A stretch of 64,000 nt of DNA from Octopus sinensis. Taxonomy: Eukaryota. Under the pieces are notes generated by a model. The model had not been told where the DNA came from and ran no database searches. It worked only from the letters and a program-made list of their open reading frames with translations. Shown piece by piece: positions 13,272 to 23,462 of this stretch. The translations under genes and the position numbers were made by a program. How positions within the stretch are numbered: position 1 is the first letter of the stretch; each line of letters opens with the position of its first letter. The stretch lies in assembly GCF_006345805.1 (NCBI RefSeq), contig NC_043000.1, positions 86,242,001 to 86,306,000 on the forward strand, read 5' to 3'.

Positions 13272-13693
13272 TAATAATACTTAGATAGCAGGAAAATTAT
13301 CTTATTTAGGGTTAAAAGTTCTATTGCCACCACCATCACCACTAGCAACAATAATTAAGGTGCTGACAATGATGATGATGACAATTGAAATATAAAAATA
13401 TAAAAATCTCTGACAAAGGCTATTTACAACATTTCTAAAAAGAGCCCAACAATTGCTGCTTCGGCCAGGGTTAAGATACAGGACTCTTGACATGTCCAAC
13501 AAAGCGTGACGTCTAAACCAATCAGCTCAACCAACCAATCAGCTTAAGTAATTGAGTGATACTACACACTGATTGGTCAGAATACAGTTTGCAAAACCTA
13601 GCATCTGGAGCCTACACAGCTGTATTTAAAGCACAGATTCAATCATCTCGCTACAGTAAAAAATTGTGAAGCATGACTGTCACCACTACTACA

Positions 13694-13738
13694 TGAACCT
13701 GAAGATTGTAGAATTTAATGCATGAAAGTACTAGTTCA
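13694..13738 (+). ncRNA. Minimal type I hammerhead ribozyme motif, right arm
   Basis: UGAAC-CUGAAGA(13699-13705)-U-UGUA-gaauuuaa-UGCA-U-GAAA(13724-13727)-GUACU-A-GUUCA. Predicted cleavage is after A13733, and stem II has one U.G wobble. Confidence 0.8.
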
Positions 13739-13906
13739 ATCAGAATGAACATTTAACATTCTATTATTTTATTTTATTTTATTATATCATATTATATTAT
13801 ATCATTATAAGATTGTAAATAAAACGTGAAAATCAGACAAGGTTGGAATTCCTTTTATTAATATATTCTTCTATACACAATCACACACACCCATATATAT
13901 ATATAT

Positions 13907-14072
13907 CATCATCATCATTTAACGTCCGCTTTCCATGCTAGCATGGGTTGGACGGTTCAACTGGGGTCTGGGGAGCCCGAAAGCTGCACCAGTCCAGTCA
14001 GATCTGGCAGTGTTTCTACAGCTGGATGCCCTTCCTAACGCCAACCACTCCGAGAGTGTAGTGGGTGATTTT
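13907..14072 (-). mobile_element. RTE-type LINE 3' end with (GAT)n tail
   Basis: Minus strand ends gtccaacccatgctagcatggaaagcggacgttaaatgatgatgatg. Decayed copies of the same end lie at ~2000, 6350, 27390, 30700, 43560, 53830, 57400 and 62520. Confidence 0.65.
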
Positions 14073-15137
14073 ATGTGCCACCGACACAGGTGCCAGACGA
14101 GGCTGGCAAACGGCCACGCTCGGATGGTGTTTTTTATGTGCCACCGACACAGGTGCCAGACGAGGCTGGCAGACGGCCACGCTTGGATGGTGTTTTTATG
14201 TGCCACCGACACAGGTGCCAGACGAGGCTGGCAGACGGCCACGCTCGGATGGTGTTTTTATGTGCCACCGACACAGGTGCCAGACGAGGCTGGCAGACGG
14301 CCACGCTCGGATGGTGTTTTTATGTGCCACCGACACAGGTGCCAGATGAGGCTGGCAAACGGCCACGATCGGATGGTGCTTGTTACGTGCCCACAGCACG
14401 GAGGCCAGTCGATGCGGTACTGGCTACGGCCACGTTCGGATGGCTTTCTTATGTGCCACGTGCCACCGGCACTGGTACCACAAAGATACAAATTCCATTG
14501 ATGTTCATCTATTTTGATTTGTTTTGATTTTCACTTGCCTCAACAGGTCTTCACAAGTGTCACAAGAAGGAAGGTATGCACAGGTGGACTGACTACGTCC
14601 CAGGTAGGGGCCATGGGTTATGGCCTGACTAGTCTTGCCGGTCTTCGGATGGTGTTTTTATGTGCCACCGACACAGGTGCTAGATGAGGCTGGCGAACGG
14701 CCACGATCGGATGGTGTTTGTCATGTGCCCACCGCACTGACTACAGCACTGATGGATTTCTTGTGTGCCACAGGCACTGGTACCACAAGATACAAATTCC
14801 ATTGATGTTCATCTATTTTGTCTATTTTGATTTGATTTGATTTTGATTTTCACTTGCCTCAACCGGTCTTCACAAGTGTCACAAGAAGGAAGGTATGCAC
14901 AGGTGGACTGACTAGTCTTGCCGGGTCTTCGGAAGGTGTTTTTTATGTGCCACCGACACAGGTGCCAGATGAGGCTGGCGAACGGCCATGATCGGATGGT
15001 GTTTGTTACGTGCCCACAGCACGGAGGCCGGTCGATGCGGAACTGGCTACGGCCACGTTCGGATGGTTCTCTTGTGTGCCACCGGCACTGGTACCACAAA
15101 GATACAGATTCCATTGATGTTCATCTATTTTGATTTG

Positions 15138-15139
<2 letters not shown>
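14073..15139. repeat. GC-rich hierarchical tandem array: five 62-63-bp units, then three ~305-310-bp superunits
   Basis: Unit starts (atgtgccaccgacacaggtgccag) are at 14073, 14136, 14198, 14260 and 14322. The marker ggcactggtaccac recurs at 14468, 14773 and 15084. Confidence 0.9.
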
Positions 15140-15183
<44 letters not shown>

Positions 15184-15556
15184 CTGCACCCCCACCCACG
15201 TACATACATACATATCGTTTTACTGAAACAATGTTTGTCTTGTGAGTTGAATTTCATGCTATTGTGATCTTATTTCAGTTGTGAGATAAACATTCACTTT
15301 CAATAAAACCATTTCCTTTACAACATATTGAGAACTTCTCCTACATTCACTGACACAAATTAATGTATGTATATATGTTCTATTTCTCTTTTTAATTTAG
15401 AATAAATTCTCAATTTAAAATAAATTTTGACCTGTTCCAGACTGTTCTGGCAACCACATCAAACCTCATGGGAAGATAATATCTGGAAGACATTCTCTTG
15501 CTTTTGGCAATAATGTGGTTGATGTCCTCAGCCTTCATCTTGCACAGCTTACATTT

Positions 15557-15797
15557 TGTTATGGTGAAATCCTAACACCCCTGTGGGATAGCAAGTGAAC
15601 TGTCTTAAACCTTATTAAGGTGCACATGTACTGACAGTGTGATGTACAGTGTGGTGTGTGCAGTCGTATTTGTGAAGGCAGTCGTAGAAGTCGTTGAGAA
15701 GAGATATATGTTAGTTATGTGTTTGTTACTGATTTAGTTCTTGTAGTGTTATAACACTGTTACAGTGTATTCTATATCCAAACCCAAGGATATAATA
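15557..15797 (+). repeat. 5' LTR (TG...TA)
   Basis: Direct repeat of 18496-18730, bounded by the TSD. Confidence 0.9.
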
Positions 15798-18495
15798 GTG
15801 GTGGTGGGACGTTCTTAGCATAGAAGACCTATTAGCTTCCATGGTGCAGTTGCAATGGCAACTACAAAAACAAGAAGAACAACAGAAACAGCAACAACAG
15901 GTACAACAGAAACTGCAACATCAACAACAACAGTAAAAATCAACAGTTGTTAGAACTATTGTTGCAGTCCAAAGACACTTCAAGTTTGTTTTTGGCAGAT
16001 GGGGTTGCTAATTCAATTGAAGAATTTACTTATAATCCAGAAGAAGGGATTACGTTTTCTGCATACTTCAGAAGGTACGAAGGCATCTTCAAAGAATGTA
16101 CAAACTGGATGGACGAAAAGAAGGTATGACTTCATTTAAGGAAATTATCACCCACAGAACATGAGAAGCATTGTAATTACATCCTGCTGAGAAAATCATC
16201 TGAAGTTTGTTTCAAGGAAACAATTAACCTATTATTTAAAATATTCAGTGAAAGAAGTTCACTGTTTAATATTTGCTGGGAGTACTTGAATTTGACAAAA
16301 CAAGAAAGTGAAGATTTTATCACGTATGTCGAAATTGTAAACAGAGAATGTGAAAAATTTAAACTAAATGAATTAACCCCAGATATGTCCAAATGTCTAA
16401 TCTTGTACAAGGATTAACTGCAAACAAAGATGCAGAGATATGGGCTCAGATATTAAGAAAACTAGAACAAGATTCGAAACTAACTCTACAGGCAGTGGCT
16501 GAAGAATGCCAAAGGATTATAAATTTACGACAGGACACAGAAAAAAATTGAGAAAGATTATGCAAATATATGTGTCGACCTGTAACAAATAACAAAAAAG
16601 AAAAACAACAGTCAATGCCCAAACCATGCTATGGGTGTGGAGAAATACATTTTAAAAGAAACTGTTCTTTTAAAAATCTAAAATGTTTTGGATGTGGAAA
16701 AATCAGACATAAGAATTCACATTGTTGGGTGAAAGAAAAAAGGTCGAACGAAAAAATTTTGAGAAAAAAGTATTGTCAATACAAATGCAGAGCAAGGCAC
16801 AAAAAAGAAACTTTGTCTCCATAAATATAATAATGTGAATACGAGACTTCATGATGCTAGCAAAAGTGGTATAGAAGCAGTAATTTTACACAAGTATGAA
16901 AATGGTAGCCTAAAACCCATTGCTCTTGCTTCATGTTCAATGTTGGCAGCTGAAAAAAATTACAACCAAATTGAGAAGGAGGCATTAGCCATTCACAAAT
17001 TCATACATGGAAGGAAATTCAGTCTGCAGACAGAGCACTGCCCATTGTTCTCAATTTACTGGGGAGAAAATCCTGTTAAATTAAGACTTTAAGATGGAAT
17101 GTCTACCATCAAGGAAACAGGGATATGCAGATGGGCTGCCAAGATTGATACTGAAATACAATGAACCATTAGAGGACATGGTAATAACGGCATTGAAAGC
17201 TGAAATCAAAATAAAATTTAATGCAGAGAAGGATGTGTTCATAATAAAAATGAAAAAAATAGTCAGAAACAGATACAAAAACTCATGTAGCTGAGTGTAA
17301 CACAGTTTTGAAATGGTATTCGATATGTGATGACTTACTTATGTATGCCCAGAGGGTTGTAATACCTGTTTCTTTGCAAAATTTTATGCTAAAAGAATTC
17401 CACATGGCACATCCAGGAATCGCAAGAATGAAAGCACTGATGAGGAGCTATGTTTACTGGCCAAAAATGGATCAGGATATTGAAAAATTGGTGAAAGTCT
17501 GCAGGGGTTGTGCCTGGCAGCCAAAGACTCACCTATAAAAATTCAGCCTTGGCCCAAGGCTGACATACTTCGGTCCAGATTACACATAGACTTCACAGGA
17601 CTGTTAAATGGAGGGTATTATCTAATAGTTATGGATAGTTACACGAAATGGCTGGAAATATGTAAATATAAGAAGCCAACCTCCAAAATAATAATAGAAT
17701 TTCTGGATGAACTTTGTGTATGATATAACGTCCCAGACACTATAGTGTCTGATAATGGAACACAGTTCATGTCAAAGGAATTTAAAAACTTCTGCAAAAT
17801 GCATGCAATGGAGCATACTCCACCATACCATCCGATATCGAATGGACTAGCAAAACATTTTGTAGACATGTTTAAGAGGGAGTTGAAAAAAATCTAGGAA
17901 TGAGCTACTAGCTGATACTGCATTGCCACAATTCTTAAATATTTACCAAATAACACCTAACCCCAACACAACTTCAGGTATGTTGCCGGCTGAACTAATA
18001 TTCACTAGGAAAGTTAGGTCAGTGTTTGACAAATTACTACCCGGAAGAAAAGAAAAAATGGAGAGAAACACTGAAAATAAGATAAAATACTTCAAAATCA
18101 GTAACAAAGGTATTTTTTAAAATATACAGAAATGGAAAGAAATGTTGGGAAGAATAATAAGTAAACATTTAGGAAAAATAACGTACATGGGAACAGAAAA
18201 GACATTTAAATCAACTGAAAAAACGGTTTACGGAAGAAAGAACAAGACATGAAGAGCCAATGGAATTTCTTTGACATTTTTGACATCCCAGTACCTAAAG
18301 GAAAAGTCAAACCAACGAGTACATCGACTAAGAAAAGAAAACACAACTTTTGCAAGTAGAGCCAAAAGGAAATAAATATTGCAATTTCTTCCTGGGGAAT
18401 TAAGTAAAAAAAAAGCAGGGAAGGTGGTAATAAATATATCATAAATAAAAGAAAAATATTGACTTCCAAGAAAAGTCAAGTTCAAAAAGGGGACA

Positions 18496-18730
18496 TGTTG
18501 TGGTGAAATCCTGACACCCTTGTGGGATAGCAAGTGAATTGTCTAAACCTTATATAGACACATGTGTACTGACAGTACGACATACAGTGTGGTGTGTGCA
18601 GTCACATTTGTGAAGGTAGTCATAGAATTCATTGAGAAGAGATGTAAGTTACATGTTTGTTACTAATTTAGTTTTTGTATTGTTATAACACTGTCACAGT
18701 GTAGTCTATATCCAACTCAAGGATATAATA
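18496..18730 (+). repeat. 3' LTR (TG...TA)
   Basis: Direct repeat of 15557-15797, preceded by the purine tract and followed by the TSD. Confidence 0.9.
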
Positions 18731-18799
18731 CATTTGTTGTCTGTCAATGTTTGCTGCCTTTTATATTGAAGGTATTTAGTGGGGATCTCTTGTTCTTGA

Positions 18800-19800
18800 A
18801 TTGCATGGAGGTAACCTTTGAAGAGGGATGTCATAAATTTGTTGGGACTCTATACCAAGCTTTTGACATGATCAATCCTTTCAATGATTTGTGTTTTATG
18901 TGCCAAGTACTCATGTACTATCTTCTTACTAAAATGGTCCATTTTTTAAAATTCTGTTCTGCTGATAAATAGGTTTTACCAATGCTCTTTGGGGAGAAAT
19001 CTGTATCAACTCTTATTTCCTACCTCTCCTCAAGTTCATTAACTATCATAATTATGTTGTTGATTTCATGGTCACAAACTTGGGCAAGATAGTTACTGGT
19101 CTCTTTCTTCTGCTGAAAATGTTGTTTTGGTGTCACAACATGGGGCTTCATGCAGCATCAATACAGATTTGAGACCCTGACCACCATCCTTGCATGGGAA
19201 ATATAGCCTATCTACATCACCATTGATGTTGAAGTTTCTTGTAACACTGAGCAGCTTGCAAGTTTGAACATCTATTTCATTGAGTTTTTGTAGTGACCAG
19301 TTCAGAAGGCCAAACGTAGGCATGAGGACAGGCACAGCAAAGGTGTTGTGTAATATGAGTATTATGCTTCTTATCAGCTGAGTTCTGATGACCATATTCT
19401 CTTTACTCTCCTGAATTATTCATTCCTGGCCCTCTCCTTATTTATGGCTTCATCATATCTGACATTCTTATCTTGTCCAAGATACCTATAATTATCACTT
19501 AACTGTAGAGGTTCTATTGTCAAGCCATTCATTCTTAGGTTTTCAGAGGGGGCACAACTTTTCCATGTTTTATTGTCAAAAATGCGCATTTGGACTCACC
19601 AAATTTCATTCCAATGTTCATAGAAAATTAGGTTATGACACCCAATTGTTTTTTTATGCAGTTGATATTTGACCCATACAGTTTCAAGTCATCAACAAAG
19701 AATAGATGGGAGATACTTCTGGATCCATTTCTATGGTCACTATGTTTTGTGAGCAGGTATGACAATGGGTTTAATGAGAGGACAAAAAACAACATCAACA
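18800..19800 (-). mobile_element. R4/Dong-like non-LTR retrotransposon RT fragment, decayed
   Basis: SISHLFFVDDLKLYG (YADD-equivalent) at ~19680-19725, and NTFAVPVLMPTFGLLNWS...DVDRLYFPCKDGGQGLKS in ORF 19093-19395. Confidence 0.75.
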
Positions 19801-22800
19801 GGAGATTATTTTAATCTTATTCACATTCATTTATAAAAGCAGATCTGGTGATCAATACAAGATGGAAGTTTATTAATATTTAATCTTCTTTTGCATAATT
19901 TATTTTGAAACCATGCCTCAGCTCATCACTCATTTAGAGTAAAGCTGTTAGTTTGGTAAACAACAACAATCAACAACAGTTTCGAGTGAAGGTGAGTCAC
20001 TTTATTCTTCCTCTAAATTCATACACTTTGGGTTTGATGGTCACAGCTTTCTGGTTCTCATTCCTAATTAAATTCAATTACCTGAAGGTTAATATCATTT
20101 GCATGTCCTAGTGAAGTTTTCTCCTAATATTATTACCTGAATTTTTCCATAACTAGATTTTGAGCAGTGTTTCAGATATTCATGTTTGCATAAATTTTAA
20201 ATTTAAGATGATAGCAAGTTTCTTTTGTATTGCTAAAACTTGCCAATAAAGTACTAGTGGATATATACCTATTTTGTAGTTAGATTGAATTCTGTCCAAT
20301 TTATGCAAACATGGAAAAGTAGATGTTAAAACAATGATAATAATAATGGTACTTTTAGTAGTATGCCTACTACACTGCTCAAATTAATGCTGCCATTTAC
20401 TTCTTGGGTGCTTTCAGTTCAGTTTGTTCAGTTACGAGGATTTGGATGATCCCCATCATTTCCCCCTCTCTCAAAACTTTCCTGCAAACTTTAATCTCAA
20501 TTGATAAATGTTTGAAGAAAGTACATCAGAGAGGGCCTATATAGGTCATGTGTACTATCACTATTTTTTTGACTAAATTATCAAAATATAAATCAGGGCC
20601 AAAAAAGTTTGTCTGAGATTGAACCTGGCTTCAATGGTGTTGTGATGGTAACCAAACTTCCTATCTGACCAAAGAAGCTATTATTTTGTTAGTTTTTCCA
20701 TTACTTCTGCAGTATTTCAGTTACAACTCCTGACATAACCTTTTTTATTTTTTTCTGGTGATAGGAAGCACAATTTGAATGAATCCTACAAAATGTTTTG
20801 CCTGACATTCCATGAATTCCACCAACCCAGTGCCCCTTCACTAGTTCTCTATCAACTCTGAAAGGCACAAAATTTACTTCAGCAGGATTTGAACACTGGG
20901 TATAGAGAGTTGGAACAAAAGCTGCTAAGCATACTATCTGATTCCCACCCCCTTGTGTGTTTAAGTGGCTCTACCAAATTGCTGCTTGAAAAGAATAGAC
21001 TTCCTCATGCACCATCAGTCCACTATTTTAATTTTCCATTGCATCTGGCTTGACTATCTTTTTATTTTGCTATCTTTAGTTGATTTACATCAATGATTTT
21101 AAGGCAGCATGGTGGAATGGAGTTTTGTAAAGATAAATATTGTATATTGTTTGAACAAGTGTGTGTTTTTTATGGCTGAATGCTATTCAAATGTATAATG
21201 ATTCAATAAGAGTAGTGTCTATTTCTTAACTGAACTGAACTGACTGGGAGCTTGAAGAATAAGGGACTTTGGTTAGTGGTACAAACCAACAACTTTAGCA
21301 TAAATTTATCTTGCAGCCACTGTGTATCTTCACAACAGCTGTTTTCTACAACTGCAGTAACATGGAAATGATTCTGTTTGAGAAAGAAATATAACCTCAG
21401 TATATATAAATACATGCACACACACACACACACACACACAACAACAACAACAACAATAACAAGAGATTATGTTAATGTTGTATATGAAATTTAATAATGT
21501 GTATGGCATTAACGTCTTAGATTATTAGTAAAGGAAATCATTGTAAGTTGTAGTTAGCAAATGTAACCCAAATGCTAGCATCTGTTTTTTTTTTTATTAA
21601 TCTTGAGCTTCATCTGTTTATCTATCAACAATGTTATTGCTGATGATGATGATGATCCACCACCAACACCACCACCACTGCTGCTGTCATTGTCATCATC
21701 ATATGTTCTCTGATTGCAGCAGTTGATGAAGTTAACCTGTCTAATTTATGTCAGCAGGAATAAACATATGTTGATAAAATGATGATGATGATGATGATTA
21801 TGAGGAGGAGGAGGGGAGGAGGATTAATGAAGGCTATTTCTGAATTAGCTATTTTTAAAACTTAACTTTCAATGAATAGAAGTAATTTTATTTCTGTATG
21901 AGTTGATCTTTGATCTATAGATTTGCTGGATTTCTCTTGACAACTTTCAGTCTCCCTTACATTCCAGTTTTTACTTAGATTAATGAAAATATAGTTAACT
22001 ATAAGTCTGATGAAACAATAAAACTAAGATGGAAATTCAATGCTTGACAATGAAAATTTATACATTCATTAATATTGGTTTCAGATTTTGGCACAAGGCC
22101 AGCAGTTTTAAGGAAGGGGTAAGTCTATTACATCACTCTCAATGCTCAACTGGTACTTATTTTATCAAGCTGAAGTTGATGAATAGCAAAGTTGACCTTG
22201 GCAGAATTTGAACTGAAAATGTAACGACAGGTGAAATGCCATTAGGCATCTTGTCCAGCATGCTAACGATCCTGCCAGCTTTCTACCTTCAATAATATTA
22301 CTTAATTCGATAATATTGCTGGGTAAAATGTATTTCCTTCAGACATAAGTGGGAAAGAGAATATAATCTTTCTACTTTAAGATTGAACTAGGCTTGAACT
22401 CTTAATCTCCCGTTGAAGATTTCCTTACTCAAAAACTCTTTCTGTAATGATTCTGCTACAGATCAGAAATGGATGATACAGGAATAACCATTTCTCTCTT
22501 ATATTGGAAACTTTCTCACTTCCTTTGAAATGAATGTAAACAAGGTTAGTATGATTCTTGTGATATCATGCATTTCATAACAGGTTGACCAATGCTGTTT
22601 CATGTAGTACTGTGGTCTACAGGAAGTTAAAAGTTAATGGATACATCTTATGATGTAGTAATTGTAACACTTCAGTAATAAGTGTATCAGGTATAGAATA
22701 TCACCCTCTCTTTGGGATGAAAAACACAAAAAGAAATAGCATGTGAGAATAATAGAAATAGTAATAGTATTTACATCACCTAAGTGATGTTTAATTCCCA

Positions 22801-23058
22801 GTTACAGAGATTTAGCACCTGATGCTGGTTTTGTTTGGAAAACTGCTGTGTCTGATACAATATTTGTATTGATATAGTGGCAAAACTAATTCTATGATGT
22901 ACAGATGTATGATACAAACTTTTTTTGTTACATGTATCTTTTTAAAAATGATGAAAAAATAAAAAGATGAAATAAACATATAATTTTACATTGTAATTAA
23001 GGTTTATTTTTAGGAAAACCATAATTTTTAGATTTTGCTTTTCTAAAATTCAAATTTA

Positions 23059-23462
23059 CTCTTTTACTTGTTTCAGTCATTTGACTGTGGCCATGCTGGA
23101 GCACCGCCTTTTAGTCGAGCACATCGACCCCAGGACTTATTCTTTGTAAGCCTAATACTTATTCTATCAGTCTCTTTTGCCAAACTGCTAAGTTACGGGG
23201 ATGTAAACACACCAGCATATCTTGTCAAGCAATGTTGGGGGGACAAACACAGACACACAAACATATAAACACGCATACATATATATACATATACATATAT
23301 ACGACAGGCTTCTTTCAGTTTCTGTCTATCAAATCCACTCACAAGGCTTTGGTTGGCCCGAGGCTATAGTAGAAGACACTTGCCCAAGGTGCCATGCAGT
23401 GGGACTGAACCCAGAACCATGTAGTTTGTAAGCAAGCTACTTACCACACAGCCACTCTGCCT
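23059..23462 (-). mobile_element. tRNA-derived SINE, long family
   Basis: Colinear with 7647-8030. Confidence 0.85.

Larger units (their letters stand above)
11635..13866. mobile_element. Palindromic (head-to-head) Penelope-like retroelement, arms 11635-12720 and 12786-13866
   Basis: Hand alignment gives 16 substitutions and one 5-bp microsatellite indel over ~1080 bp. The 65-bp spacer continues the right-arm reading frame (AIAKANLQIIAQSNELKDIITDRAMVLSKRQ). The left flank is (TA)n. Confidence 0.95.
15557..18730 (+). mobile_element. Gypsy LTR retrotransposon with both LTRs, internally deleted for protease and RT
   Basis: LTRs at 15557-15797 and 18496-18730 are ~85% alike by eye. CATTT TSD at 15552-15556 and 18731-18735. 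PBS-like GTGGTGGTGG follows the 5' LTR and the purine tract AAAAAGGGGA precedes the 3' LTR. Internal gag relic has two CCHC-like knuckles, followed by RNase H (DASKSGIEAVI) and integrase fragments. Confidence 0.93.

Noticed and set aside
14073-14400. 62-bp repeats as a CRISPR-like array or tandem ribozymes (CAGAUGA...GAAC resembles a hammerhead core; CCAGCCUCGUCUGGC resembles HDV P3)
   Set aside because: There are no unique spacers and no cas genes, and the context is eukaryotic. The hammerhead core bases are wrong and stems I and III are missing. No HDV P1/P2 pairing could be built.
13919-15133. Several 60-190 aa ORFs in the GC-rich array
   Set aside because: They are translations of tandem repeats open in many frames on both strands, with no domain signal.
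19960-20100. Possible Penelope-like terminus with hammerhead (minus strand aggaatgagaacc...cgaaactgttg)
   Set aside because: It shares short motifs with the 54.8-kb repeat, but there is no CUGANGA box or stem II.
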